A stretch of DNA of 64,000 nucleotides from an uncultured bacterium (lineage in GTDB: Bacteria > Omnitrophota > Omnitrophia > Omnitrophales > Abzuiibacteriaceae). Shown piece by piece: positions 46,269 to 55,967 of the stretch; the stretch's first letter is position 1; each line of letters starts with the position of its first letter. The DNA lies in contig CAYLXA010000010.1 in assembly GCA_964387845.1 (NCBI GenBank), forward strand, positions 1 through 64,000, given 5' to 3'. Below the pieces are notes generated by a model. It saw nothing but the letters and a program-made list of their open reading frames with translations. It did no database searches and was not told the origin of the DNA. A program made the position numbers and the translations under genes.

Positions 46269-46297
46269 AGTGTACCTTAAAATACCGGATATTTCAA
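46269..46297 (-). promoter_or_regulatory. Candidate promoter of the giant ORF (minus strand TTGAAA-N17-TACACT). The 5'UTR has an imperfect palindrome CTACTTTCTTAAGAAGTAG overlapping the SD region.
   Basis: Reverse complement of 46292..46297 is TTGAAA and of 46269..46274 is TACACT. A weak hairpin CAGATAAA/TTTATCTG at 46324..46340 ends the upstream small gene. Confidence 0.3.
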
Positions 46298-46333
46298 ATT
46301 TACGACCTAATAATTAAAAGTAACAGATAAAGT

Positions 46334-46600
46334 TTATCTGAAATCTTTATACTTATCATTCAGCGTTTTTTGGATATCTTTTACCTGCGCTTTTGCCTGC
46401 TCGCCCAACCCAATTTGGGTCTGAGTATAACCGCCGGTTAATTGATCAAACAGGCCTTGTGAGGCGGCCTGCTTTCCCTGCTTCGGATGTTTTTGTTCCT
46501 TCTTCCCGATCCACTGGTCTAAGTAGCCCATTTTCCCCGCGATTAAGAACATAATGATAATCAGCGCAATTAAAAGATTGATTAAATTGAACCCTTTTTC
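46334..46600 (-). CDS. Small single-pass membrane protein (88 aa) with a prepilin-like N-terminus lacking Glu5 (MKNEKGFNLINLLIALIIIMFLI). The ORF-track N-extension to 46798 is spurious.
   Basis: The start is set at MKNEKG. The longer call overlaps the upstream membrane-protein gene in another frame. Confidence 0.45.
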   Translation of the reverse strand, partial: EKGFNLINLLIALIIIMFLIAGKMGYLDQWIGKKEQKHPKQGKQAASQGLFDQLTGGYTQTQIGLGEQAKAQVKDIQKTLNDKYKDFR

Positions 46601-46620
46601 GTTTTTCATGATGTCTCCTT

Positions 46621-47781
46621 TTAAGAAATCATTCTCAAAATTTGGGCACATAAAAGCCCGGCGTAAGTTCCGGCGATATTTCCCAAAATGCCGAGCAAGA
46701 GGCCAACAGGTGCAAGCTGCGGATGATAAACCGCCGCCACAATCGGCGCCGACACCGGCCCGCCGATATTCGCCTGGCTTGCGGCAGCGGCAAGGCACAT
46801 CGGCGATCTTGTGATCCGGGATGCGGCAACTAAAAATGCCGCATGAATCAAAACAATGAGAAATCCCGCCGCAATCAATATCGGCACTCCGCCGATTTCA
46901 TTCAAATTTGCTTTTGCGCCGATCGATGCCAAGACAAGATAAAGCAGCCCATAGCCGATTTTTGAGGCGCCGTAAGATTCTAATTTCCTCACACGCGTAA
47001 ACGAACCCAAAATGCCAATCGCGGTCGCGATTAAGATGGCCCAGGTCGTCACAGAAAATCCGGCGGTTACCGGAACCAACCGGGCCAAATAAATTGAGAT
47101 GATGAGGCCGATAAATGCGGTGCACAAAATTAATCCTGTTTTTTGCGCAGACAAGCGTACCCCCGCCCCTTTCGGAACCGTCCCTTTAGCTCCGAGCGAA
47201 ACAACCATTCTCTGATTTGATTGATTCCATTGGTCGTAGCGGTGCTGAAATGTTTGGAGCGCAATCAAAATAGCCATCCACGAATAAGCAACGACGATAT
47301 CGACAATCACCATCGGCAGAAAAATAGGATCCGGAACCTGAATTGCTTCTTTGACGGCAATCATGTTGGCGCTTCCGCCGGTCCAGGACCCGGAAAGCGC
47401 CGCAAAACCCATCCACGCATCAGTGCCGAGCCATGGCTTAAAAATCGTCACGACAATGAGCGTTCCGGCAAAAATTCCGGCACTTCCTGCGAACATCATG
47501 AAAAGCGCATACGGGCCTAATTTTAAAATGGCGGGAATATCAACACCAAGCAGAAGCAAAATCAAACTTGCCGGCAAAAGATAAGTTGAAATAGCCGAAT
47601 AAACAACGCTTTCCGACGGAATAATTCCCGCAGCGCTGAAAATCATCGGCAAAAAATAAATCCAGAAAACGGCGGGGAGAAAGCGGAAATATTTTGAAAA
47701 TTTTGGCTGAGACGACATTCGAAGAACTGATAACTCGATCGTGATTAAGGCAATCACAACGAGAATAGGATTTTGCATCAC
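46621..47781 (-). CDS. Polytopic integral membrane protein (386 aa), DUF819-like/putative transporter
   Basis: About 10 predicted hydrophobic helices. No soluble domain. Confidence 0.5.
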   Translation of the reverse strand: MMQNPILVVIALITIELSVLRMSSQPKFSKYFRFLPAVFWIYFLPMIFSAAGIIPSESVVYSAISTYLLPASLILLLLGVDIPAILKLGPYALFMMFAGSAGIFAGTLIVVTIFKPWLGTDAWMGFAALSGSWTGGSANMIAVKEAIQVPDPIFLPMVIVDIVVAYSWMAILIALQTFQHRYDQWNQSNQRMVVSLGAKGTVPKGAGVRLSAQKTGLILCTAFIGLIISIYLARLVPVTAGFSVTTWAILIATAIGILGSFTRVRKLESYGASKIGYGLLYLVLASIGAKANLNEIGGVPILIAAGFLIVLIHAAFLVAASRITRSPMCLAAAASQANIGGPVSAPIVAAVYHPQLAPVGLLLGILGNIAGTYAGLLCAQILRMIS

Positions 47782-48917
47782 GATGAGATTGTGTGCCTAA
47801 CGGGTTCGGTCCCGATTCCTGATTTAATTTTTTCTAAATCATACGTTCCGTCTTTACCCGCAAAATTTTTTGTCATGATTTTGTCTTTGATGAAAAACGG
47901 CGCATCCAGGTCCACAAAATCAAACCCGCCGAATCCGGCGGCAAAATGTGCCGCCGCGGTGGTCGCAAGCTCCGATTCCATCATTTGGCCGATCATGAGT
48001 TTTAAATTCGATTGCTTGGCCAGCCGAGCGGCCTCCAAGGCCTCCAGAAGGCCGAATTTCATGAATTTAATGTTAATCGCATTTGCCGCACGTTTTTTAA
48101 TCAGTTTTTTGACATCCGCAAGCGTGGAAACGGTCTCATCCGCAACAACCGTTAACTTGCCTTCGCGCGTTACCTTGGCAAGGCCTTCCCAATCATTCTT
48201 CGCAACCGGCTGTTCGATTAAAACAGGTTCGATTTTAAATTTCCGGAGCGTTTTTAAGAAACGGATCGTTTCTTCGGCTGTCAATTTTGCGTTTGCATCC
48301 AAATAAATCACCGAATTTTTGATCACTTTCTTAATCCGTAAGGTTCTTTCAAGATCAAGCTCTTCCCCGGCCCCGATTTTGATTTTAAAAGTGCGAATCC
48401 CGCGTTTTAAAATATTTTTAGCCGATTTTTCGGCATCTTCCGCACTGCCGAGCACAATCGTCATCGCGGTCTTCAACTCTTTTGGTTTTGATCCGAAAAA
48501 TTTCCAGAACGGGATTTTCTGGCTGCGCGTCAATGCATCCAAAAGCGCCATTTCAAGCGCCGCCAGTGCAGCTTTGTTTTTGGCTAATTTTTCACGGGAT
48601 GAATTTGAAATATCCACACAGGTAGAAAAATCTCTCCCCGCAAGTTCTTGCGCAATTTGATTCAAATGGCCCAATGTTTCTTCGACGGTTTCGCCGGTAA
48701 TGTGCACTGCAACACCCGCTTCGCCATAGCCCGAAATTCCGTTGTCTAATTCAACGGAAAATAAAACATTGTCGAGGATATCGTGCTGGCCGAACGCAGT
48801 CCGGAAGGGCTGTGTGAGTTTAGCTTGAAGCGAAATTGCGGCAGCACTGACGATCGTGGCCCTCATTTTTATTGATCGATCTGAATAATTACTCATGGGA
48901 ATGAGGGCGGAGCTCAT
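47778..48917 (-). CDS. Enolase-superfamily enzyme (dipeptide epimerase / o-succinylbenzoate synthase family). The likely start is MRATIVS.
   Basis: KIKIG (KxK), DANA, EQP, ADE metal-ligand and base motifs with the spacing typical of the MR/MLE subgroup. Confidence 0.7.
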   Translation of the reverse strand: MSSALIPMSNYSDRSIKMRATIVSAAAISLQAKLTQPFRTAFGQHDILDNVLFSVELDNGISGYGEAGVAVHITGETVEETLGHLNQIAQELAGRDFSTCVDISNSSREKLAKNKAALAALEMALLDALTRSQKIPFWKFFGSKPKELKTAMTIVLGSAEDAEKSAKNILKRGIRTFKIKIGAGEELDLERTLRIKKVIKNSVIYLDANAKLTAEETIRFLKTLRKFKIEPVLIEQPVAKNDWEGLAKVTREGKLTVVADETVSTLADVKKLIKKRAANAINIKFMKFGLLEALEAARLAKQSNLKLMIGQMMESELATTAAAHFAAGFGGFDFVDLDAPFFIKDKIMTKNFAGKDGTYDLEKIKSGIGTEPVRHTISS

Positions 48918-48962
48918 TCTTTATAAAACAATTTGCTCCTCCAATGAAAATGAGACTCCGCA

Positions 48963-49532
48963 TCAAATATCCTTCGACGCGGTATAAATAATGCAGGTGA
49001 TGACAACCAGCGCCGAAAGAACAAGGCGAGCGACAACATGCTGATTAAACGCATACCCATGATGATCAAATTCCAATTGAACGGACTTTCCGTCAAACTG
49101 GATGGTCTCCGGTTTTTCCGATTCCATTTCAACTTCAATGCCGCCGGCCAAAACACCGTAATAAGTTTTGCCGATTCCGGTTCCTACAATTACCGCGATT
49201 AAAATAGCACCAAAGACCCAGGCATTAAGCACTTGCTTGCGCCGAACCTGGCGGGCTTGTTCTTCCAAAATCGCTTTGTCGGCCAGCGCGCGCGATGCAG
49301 CGGCGGTTTTGATGGCTTTTTCGCGGAACCAATTGACGTCTTCCAGCGTTTTGGCTTCGTCAACAAACTTAATAAATTCTTCAAGCCGCTCCCTCTTCAC
49401 TTCGTCCGTTTCAGTTTCGACAAACCGGTGGAATGCGGCTTTGGCTTCGGGAAGCGCGATTTCCTCTTGGGATTGGAACTCTTTTTTCCGGTCTCGGGCA
49501 AGCTTCTCTATATCAGAATCTTCGGGGTCCAT
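48963..49532 (-). CDS. Hypothetical membrane-anchored protein (189 aa)
   Basis: Acidic coiled N-terminal region, then a TM helix (VFGAILIAVIVGTGIG). Confidence 0.35.
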   Translation of the reverse strand: MDPEDSDIEKLARDRKKEFQSQEEIALPEAKAAFHRFVETETDEVKRERLEEFIKFVDEAKTLEDVNWFREKAIKTAAASRALADKAILEEQARQVRRKQVLNAWVFGAILIAVIVGTGIGKTYYGVLAGGIEVEMESEKPETIQFDGKSVQLEFDHHGYAFNQHVVARLVLSALVVITCIIYTASKDI

Positions 49533-49546
49533 ACACTACTTATCGG

Positions 49547-50242
49547 CTAGTGCGCTACTTTTTTCCAATCATCCAAAATTCGGCATTGGTGGCCGAATTT
49601 AATGATACGCGTCGCGATTTTCTCGATAAAGACAGGCTCGTGCGTCACAATCAGCATCGTGAGGCCGTCTTTGGCAAGGTCCGACATCACTTTGACGATT
49701 TCTTCCTTCATTTCGGGATCAAGACTGGAGGTCGGCTCATCAAACAGGACCGCTTTCGGATGCATGGCAAGCGCTCTTGCGATTCCGACGCGCTGCTGCT
49801 GGCCGCCTGAAAGTGATTGTGGATGTGCGGCTGCTTTTTGCTCCAAGCCGACGTGTTTAAGTAATTTCAGTGCATTTTCGCGGGCTTGCTCCGGATGTTC
49901 TTTCAATACTTGGATTGGACCGATCGTGAGATTTTCAAGCACTGTGAGATGCGGAAACAAATTAAAAAACTGAAACACAAATCCCAACCGCTCGCGGACC
50001 GATTTTATTTTTAGTTTTTCTTTGCGGACATCCATATCGGCATAAAGCTCGACATCGCCTACGCTCACCGTGCCCTGCTGAAATGGTTCTAAATATGTGA
50101 GGCAGCGCAGAAAAGTGCTTTTCCCGACACCGGACGGGCCTTTGAAAACGATGACGTCACCTTCATCCACCGTCAAATTTAAATCTTTGACGACCTCGTG
50201 ATTCCCGTAAAATTTGGAGAGATTCTTAACTTCGATGCGCAT
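49547..50242 (-). CDS. Polar amino-acid ABC transporter ATP-binding protein
   Basis: Walker A GPSGVGKST, signature LSGGQQQRVGIARALA, Walker B LFDEPTSSLD. Confidence 0.9.
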   Translation of the reverse strand: MRIEVKNLSKFYGNHEVVKDLNLTVDEGDVIVFKGPSGVGKSTFLRCLTYLEPFQQGTVSVGDVELYADMDVRKEKLKIKSVRERLGFVFQFFNLFPHLTVLENLTIGPIQVLKEHPEQARENALKLLKHVGLEQKAAAHPQSLSGGQQQRVGIARALAMHPKAVLFDEPTSSLDPEMKEEIVKVMSDLAKDGLTMLIVTHEPVFIEKIATRIIKFGHQCRILDDWKKVAH

Positions 50243-51692
50243 TCTGCCTCCTCTCCAACGAACGAGACCAAAGTGACAGCGGAAAACTCATCAGAAAATA
50301 TAAAAGCGCGGTCAGCAATCCAAGTTCCAGAAAGCGGTAAGTGGTTGTCGCGGCCTGTGAATATGCGCGCGTGAGTTCCGTTACAGTGATGATCGAAACA
50401 AGCGATGTGTCTTTGAAAAGCGCGATAAAATCATTGGTGCTGGGCGGCAGCGAAATCCGGAATGCCTGCGGGACAATAATAAAGCGCAAACTTTGCCGGG
50501 TATTCATACCGAGCGATCTTGCGGCCTCATCCTGGCCCTTAGGAACGGATAAAAGCCCCGCACGATAGATTTCAGCCTCGTAAGCCGCATAATTAAGCCC
50601 CAGGCCCAGCAGGGCTGCCACAAAGGCATTCAGCTGAATCCCCAAATTCGGGAGCCCATAATAGAGCAAATAAAGCTGAATCAAAAGTGGCGTTCCGCGA
50701 ATTACCTCTATATAGGCATTACAAAAATAACGGACTGGTTTTACGCCGTACACTTTTCCGATACAAAGCAAAAATCCCACAAAAACCGCGAGCGCCATCG
50801 AAAACACCGACAAAACAACGGTCACCGCAGCGCCTTTTAAAATGAGCGGGATGAATCGCGAAATGGAATGAGTTTCGCTCAGACGTTTTGAATCGGGCAC
50901 AGTGCTTTGTTTTAATTTCTCCTGATTCGCCGTCCACATGTTCCATTTCTTGTAAATGGCTTCGAGCTCTCCGGATTCGATTAAGCTATGCAAAGCTTCA
51001 TTCATTTTTTCTCTCAAAATCGGAGAATCTTTTCGGATACCGCCCGCGTAAATTCCTTCGCTTATCGGTTCGCCGACATTTTGGAGAGCAGGATTTGGCG
51101 TTACATAAAACGCTGCAATCGGCACATCCATCAAAACCGCATCAATGCGGCCGATTTCGAGATCTTTGTACGCTTCCACAGGCGACGGATACGGAACGAC
51201 CGTGATTTTTCTTTCTTCTTCCAAAATATTTTGCGCGAGTGATGCAGAAAGTGTTCCGGCTTTTTTCCCGTGAAGCGCCTCAAGCGTATTTAAATCGGAA
51301 TTTTCTTTGCGGGTTGAGATTTGTTCGGAGAAATAATAATAAGGAATGGTGAAATCGACGGATTCTTGGCGGTCTTTCGTGATTTCTAAGCCGTTAAAGG
51401 CAATGTCGAAATCGTTCCTGAGGAGCGCAGGCACCAATTGATCCCACGGAAGCTTGACCAGTTTGGACTGAACACTCAACTTCTGCGCAACCGCCTCCAT
51501 GATCTCAACTTCGAAGCCGATGATTTTTTCCGGATTTTTGACGTCCGGAAAAACAAATGGCGCGCCGCCTGCATCATCCGCGCCCCAGCGAAGTTCGCCG
51601 GTTCGTTCGACGCGGTCCCAGGCCTCATCTGCCCGGAGAGACGGGATCTGCAAAAAAAAGAGGAGAAAAACCGGCCAAATCCATTTTTTCAT
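50226..51692 (-). CDS. Fused periplasmic substrate-binding domain plus ABC permease (amino-acid transporter, GlnH-GlnP-like fusion)
   Basis: Signal peptide and an SBP-3-like N-terminal half. The C-terminal half has the EAA-type permease loop (EAARSLGMNTRQSLRFIIVPQA). Confidence 0.75.
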   Translation of the reverse strand: MKKWIWPVFLLFFLQIPSLRADEAWDRVERTGELRWGADDAGGAPFVFPDVKNPEKIIGFEVEIMEAVAQKLSVQSKLVKLPWDQLVPALLRNDFDIAFNGLEITKDRQESVDFTIPYYYFSEQISTRKENSDLNTLEALHGKKAGTLSASLAQNILEEERKITVVPYPSPVEAYKDLEIGRIDAVLMDVPIAAFYVTPNPALQNVGEPISEGIYAGGIRKDSPILREKMNEALHSLIESGELEAIYKKWNMWTANQEKLKQSTVPDSKRLSETHSISRFIPLILKGAAVTVVLSVFSMALAVFVGFLLCIGKVYGVKPVRYFCNAYIEVIRGTPLLIQLYLLYYGLPNLGIQLNAFVAALLGLGLNYAAYEAEIYRAGLLSVPKGQDEAARSLGMNTRQSLRFIIVPQAFRISLPPSTNDFIALFKDTSLVSIITVTELTRAYSQAATTTYRFLELGLLTALLYFLMSFPLSLWSRSLERRQNAHRS

Positions 51693-51701
51693 GGGGGAAT
51701 G

Positions 51702-52436
51702 TTAATATTTTACGGTCAGTAAAGTCAAGCCATGCGCAGGCGCTGTCGGGCCGATGTGGCGGCGGTCTTTAGCTTTCAAAATTTCTTCAAACTGTTTCAC
51801 GCTCAATTTTCCGGTTCCGACCATGATGAGTGTACCGACAAAATTCCGGACCATATTGTATAGAAAGCCGTTTCCTTCCACGAGAAAACGGATCTCATAA
51901 TCATGTTGAATGATGCTGAATTGCTTAATCGTGCGGACAGAATCGCGGCCGTCAGCTTTTGCCTGAAACGACCTGAAATCGTGTTTTCCGACAATTAATT
52001 TTGCGGCTTTTTTCATGGCCGTCACATCCAAAGGATGCGGAAAATGATAGTGTGTCAGGCGTTTTAAAGCAGAGCGGCTGGAGCGGTTCCAAATCAAATA
52101 CTGATAAACTTTCGTTTTGGCTGAGAAGCGCGCCGAAAAACCGGCCGGCATTTCCTGGACAAACTCAGCCGATAAATCCGGCGGCAAATACGTGTTGAGT
52201 GCGCGGTGAATATTGTAGACAGGAATTTCTGAATTGGTTTTAAAATTAACGACTTGGCCTTTGGCGTGAACGCCGGCATCCGTGCGTCCGCTGGCAGCCG
52301 AAATTTTCAGGGATTTCTTGAAAATTTGCTTCAAAGCTTTTTCGAGTTCGGATTGAACCGTGCGCCGCCCGGGCTGTTTCTGAAAACCCGAAAATTTGGC
52401 GCCATCATACTCGAGGATAAGCTTGATGTTTCGCAT
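51702..52436 (-). CDS. truA: tRNA pseudouridine(38-40) synthase
   Basis: Catalytic-Asp motif GRTDAGVHA, 244 aa. Confidence 0.9.
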   Translation of the reverse strand: MRNIKLILEYDGAKFSGFQKQPGRRTVQSELEKALKQIFKKSLKISAASGRTDAGVHAKGQVVNFKTNSEIPVYNIHRALNTYLPPDLSAEFVQEMPAGFSARFSAKTKVYQYLIWNRSSRSALKRLTHYHFPHPLDVTAMKKAAKLIVGKHDFRSFQAKADGRDSVRTIKQFSIIQHDYEIRFLVEGNGFLYNMVRNFVGTLIMVGTGKLSVKQFEEILKAKDRRHIGPTAPAHGLTLLTVKY

Positions 52437-52488
52437 TTTTTGTGACTCGTGGTTCGCGAATCGTGAATCGATGCACGAATCACTAAGT

Positions 52489-53580
52489 TTATCGAATTAG
52501 GTATTCGGCGATTTGAACGGCATTGAGCGCGGCGCCTTTGCGGAGCTGATCACCCGCCACAAACATCGCGAGGCCGTTTGGATTGGACATGTCCTCGCGA
52601 ATCCGGCCGACCAAAACATCATCGCCGCCTGAAGCGTCAAAAGGCATCGGGAAGAGATTTTTTTCACGGTCGTCAACCAGCTTCACGCCTTTTGCTCTTT
52701 TTAGAATTTCACGCGCTTCATCCGGCGACATTTTCTTGGAGAATTCGAGAACGATGGATTCCGCATGCGCACGAAAAACCGGTACACGGATACAAGTCGG
52801 GCAAATTTGAATATCCGGAGCGTTCAAAATCTTCCGGGATTCTTCAACCACTTTATTTTCTTCTTCGTTGTAGCCGTTCGCAGCAACCTGTGTGTTGTGC
52901 GAAAAAAGATTAAACGCGATTTGATGCATGAATGCTTCACGCTTGAGCGCCTTTCCCTGCCGGACTTCTTTTGCGGCTGATTCGATATTTTCTAAAATAT
53001 CCGAATTTTTCTGAGACTTTACGCGCTGCAAGAACTCCTCGGTCTGCGTAAAAAGTTCGCGCATCGCATTTCCGCCCGCGCCGCTCGTGGATTGATAAGT
53101 CGACACCAAAATGCGCTTCACGGGATTTGCTTTGTGAAGCGGCGCTACGGCCATCAACATAATGATCGCTGAGCAATTGGGATTTGCGATGATTTGGCTT
53201 TTATATTTCTCAATATCGGAGCCGTTAATTTCGGGAACCACGAGCGGGATCTTGGGATCCATGCGGAAAGCACTCGTATTGTCCACAATCATACAGCCGG
53301 CTTTAATCGCATGAGGCGAAAATTGTTTGCTGACAGTTTTTCCGGGACTTGAAAGGATGATATCAATGCCTTCGTAACCTTTTGAATCCATCGGCAGTTC
53401 TTCGGCGGCGACTTTTTTGCCGTTAAAGTCGAGAGACACGCCTTTCGATTTGGAAGAACCGAAAATCCGCAAGTTATCGACCGGAAATTTGCGCTCTTCA
53501 AGAATGTGGCGAAGTTCCGAACCCACCGCGCCACGCGCACCGACAATGGCGACATTGTATTTTGATTTTTTCTTTAACAT
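52489..53580 (-). CDS. asd: Aspartate-semialdehyde dehydrogenase. The start is at MLKKKSKYNVAIVGARGAVG and the ORF-track 10-aa extension is dropped.
   Basis: N-terminal Rossmann GARGAVG, active-site Cys in NCSAI, 363 aa. Confidence 0.88.
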   Translation of the reverse strand: MLKKKSKYNVAIVGARGAVGSELRHILEERKFPVDNLRIFGSSKSKGVSLDFNGKKVAAEELPMDSKGYEGIDIILSSPGKTVSKQFSPHAIKAGCMIVDNTSAFRMDPKIPLVVPEINGSDIEKYKSQIIANPNCSAIIMLMAVAPLHKANPVKRILVSTYQSTSGAGGNAMRELFTQTEEFLQRVKSQKNSDILENIESAAKEVRQGKALKREAFMHQIAFNLFSHNTQVAANGYNEEENKVVEESRKILNAPDIQICPTCIRVPVFRAHAESIVLEFSKKMSPDEAREILKRAKGVKLVDDREKNLFPMPFDASGGDDVLVGRIREDMSNPNGLAMFVAGDQLRKGAALNAVQIAEYLIR

Positions 53581-53667
53581 GATTTTAGAGCTCCAAGCTA
53601 CAAGCTGCATGCTACAAGCTGTACAATCTTCAAAAACTTGAAGCCTGAAGCTTGTAGCCTGTGGCGA

Positions 53668-54741
53668 TTATTTTGTTATTCGTTCACAAACCAATTTTCC
53701 CATTTCCTGACAACCAACCAGTTTCATTCCTTCACTAAAAATATCTGCGGTGCGGTAACCGTCGTCTAAAACTTTCTTCACAGCCGCTTCAACGTGAAGT
53801 GCCAAATCATTCAAGTCAAATGAATATCGGAGCATCATCGCGCACGACAAAATCGTCGCGAGCGGATTGGCTTTGTCTTTACCGGCAATATCCGGCGCAG
53901 AGCCATGAACCGGCTCATAAAGCGCGTGATGATCACCGATGCTGGCTGACGCGAGCATGCCGATTGAGCCGGTGAGCATGGATGCTTCGTCGCTCAAAAT
54001 ATCGCCGAAGAGATTCGTGGTCACGATCACGTCGAATTGTTTGGGATCGCGGACAAGCTGCATCGCGCAATTGTCCACATACATGTGTGACAACTGGACA
54101 TCCGGAAACCGTTTTCCGAGCTGCATGACGACTTTGCGCCAAAGTGCGCTTGATTCTAAAACGTTTGCTTTGTCGACGGAACAAACTTTGCGTTTGCGTT
54201 TGCGCGCAAGCTGAAATGCTCTTTGCGCAATCCGTTCAATCTCCGAAGTGGAATATACTTCGGTATTGAATCCTTTTTCCGAACCGTCTGAATTTTTCTC
54301 GATTCCTTTCGGCTTTCCAAAATAAATGCCGCCTGTGAGTTCGCGCACAACCATGATATCGGTTCCGCGCACCACATCCGGCTTCAAAGTAGAAGCAGAA
54401 ATCAGGCTGTCGTAAATCATCGCCGGGCGGAGATTGGCGTAAAGCCCGAGTCCGCTGCGGATACCGAGAAGGCCCGCTTCGGGCTTTTTATCGTGTTCCA
54501 AATTTTCCCATTTAGGGCCGCCGACCGCACCGAGCAAAACGGCGTCTAAATCTTTCGCCACTTTTAAAGTTTCATCCGGCAAAGGAATTCCAAACTGATC
54601 GATCGCAACACCGCCGATCAAAGCTTCCTTGAATTCGAAGTTCAGGTGAAACGTTGAAGCCACATGCTTCAAAATTTTCACGCCAACTTGTACGACTTCT
54701 GGCCCGATTCCATCGCCCGGGAGAGCAAGCACTTTATACAT
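53668..54741 (-). CDS. leuB: 3-isopropylmalate dehydrogenase
   Basis: Isocitrate/isopropylmalate dehydrogenase signature [25 protein letters not shown]. Confidence 0.9.
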   Translation of the reverse strand: MYKVLALPGDGIGPEVVQVGVKILKHVASTFHLNFEFKEALIGGVAIDQFGIPLPDETLKVAKDLDAVLLGAVGGPKWENLEHDKKPEAGLLGIRSGLGLYANLRPAMIYDSLISASTLKPDVVRGTDIMVVRELTGGIYFGKPKGIEKNSDGSEKGFNTEVYSTSEIERIAQRAFQLARKRKRKVCSVDKANVLESSALWRKVVMQLGKRFPDVQLSHMYVDNCAMQLVRDPKQFDVIVTTNLFGDILSDEASMLTGSIGMLASASIGDHHALYEPVHGSAPDIAGKDKANPLATILSCAMMLRYSFDLNDLALHVEAAVKKVLDDGYRTADIFSEGMKLVGCQEMGKLVCERITK

Positions 54742-54772
54742 AGGGGTAAGGATTAAGGGGTAAGGGATAAGC
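54742..54772. repeat. Terminal inverted repeat (right) of the four-helix-bundle insertion: AGGGGTAAGGATTAAGG..., abutting the leuB start codon
   Basis: A 16-17-nt core is the exact reverse complement of 55173..55189. Confidence 0.5.
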
Positions 54773-55121
54773 TTTTGCGAAGTCCGGAAAGCATTCTTCC
54801 GATTTCGTTACAGTAGTTAATAAGCATTTCATAATGTTCATGATCAACATAATTTAAATCCCTGCTTAAAAGTAATAAATATTTGGTTTCTTCAAGTGAA
54901 GAATTCGACAAATTCAGAAAATGCAAATAATCTTTTGTACTTTTTCGTTTTTGTCCTTCTACAATGTTTGTGGCAATCGAAACTGTGCTTCTTCGTATTT
55001 GAGAAATAATTCCAAATTTTTCATCATTTGGAAAACGTTTCGTTAACTTATAAATTTCTAAAATTAAAGTGTGAGATTTTTGCCAAACTTTTAAATCTTG
55101 AAATGTTTCTATCCTATACAT
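54753..55121 (-). CDS. Four-helix-bundle protein (TIGR02436-like family, the type often found in 23S rRNA intervening sequences)
   Basis: Characteristic ...DLKVWQKSH...L...[26 protein letters not shown] pattern. The last residues are encoded by the flanking repeat. Confidence 0.75.
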   Translation of the reverse strand: MYRIETFQDLKVWQKSHTLILEIYKLTKRFPNDEKFGIISQIRRSTVSIATNIVEGQKRKSTKDYLHFLNLSNSSLEETKYLLLLSRDLNYVDHEHYEMLINYCNEIGRMLSGLRKSLSLTP

Positions 55122-55169
55122 ACACCCTCCATGAATTTTATTTGTTATTCGTGGAGGGAAATTGTTTTA

Positions 55170-55967
55170 CTACTTAATCCTTACCCCTGAATCCTTAATC
55201 CTTAATCCTTCTTGTGGGCTCGAGGCAACCGCGTAATCCTTAATAGGAATGCGGCCCGCCCAATAAGCCTTGCGGCCCGCAGAAACAGCTTCCTTCATGG
55301 CTTCTGCCATCAAAACCGGATTATCCGCGCAAGCGATTGCGGTATTCATCAAAACGCCGTCGGCGCCGAGCTCCATACAAACAGCCGCATCCGATGCGGT
55401 ACCAACACCGGCATCCACGATGACCGGAACCGACACAGCTTCTTTAATAAATTGAATGTTCAGGCGATTTTGGATTCCGCGGCCCGAACCAATCGGTGCC
55501 GCAAGAGGCATGACACACGCAGCGCCGGCTTCTTCCAATTTTTTCGCCACAACCAAATCATCCGTTGTGTAAGGCATCACCGTAAAACCCTCCTGAACTA
55601 AAATTTTTGTCGCTTCCAGAAGTGAAACCACGTCCGGCAAAAGTGTTTTTTTATCGCCAATCACTTCGAGTTTAACCAAATCACCAAACCCTGCAGCGCG
55701 CGCAAGCCGTGCGATCCTCAGAGCATCTTCTGTGTTATAAGCACCCGCCGTGTTCGGCAGGATTAAATATTTGCCCCGATCAATATAGTCTAAAAACGAT
55801 TTTTCGGCTTTGTTGCCAAGCGGAACGCGACCGATCGCGACCGTCACCATATCGCAGCCGGATGCTTCAAGCGATTGCGTCATATCATCAAACGTGCGGT
55901 ACTTGCCGCTGCCCGTGATGAGCCGTGATTTCAAAGTATATTTTCCGATTTTCAATTCATCGTTCAT
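55170..55967 (-). CDS. thiG: Thiazole synthase
   Basis: ThiG TIM-barrel. The Schiff-base lysine region and C-terminus are altered by the inserted repeat. Confidence 0.85.
   Translation of the reverse strand: MNDELKIGKYTLKSRLITGSGKYRTFDDMTQSLEASGCDMVTVAIGRVPLGNKAEKSFLDYIDRGKYLILPNTAGAYNTEDALRIARLARAAGFGDLVKLEVIGDKKTLLPDVVSLLEATKILVQEGFTVMPYTTDDLVVAKKLEEAGAACVMPLAAPIGSGRGIQNRLNIQFIKEAVSVPVIVDAGVGTASDAAVCMELGADGVLMNTAIACADNPVLMAEAMKEAVSAGRKAYWAGRIPIKDYAVASSPQEGLRIKDSGVRIK
55173..55210. repeat. Terminal inverted repeat (left) of the four-helix-bundle insertion (CTTAATCCTTACCCCTGAATCCTTAATCCTTAATCC). Provides the last ~12 codons of thiG.
   Basis: Reverse complement CAGGGGTAAGGATTAAG matches 54742..54758. 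The thiG C-terminus ...[13 protein letters not shown] is read from this repeat. Confidence 0.5.

Noticed and set aside
46601-46798. Upstream extension of the small membrane-protein ORF (MPCRCRKPGEYRR...)
   Set aside because: It overlaps the 46621..47781 membrane-protein gene out of frame. A clean start exists at MKNEKG.
55173-55210. CTTAATCC tandem copies as a CRISPR array or microsatellite
   Set aside because: Only 3-4 short copies, and they form the terminal inverted repeat of the four-helix-bundle insertion.
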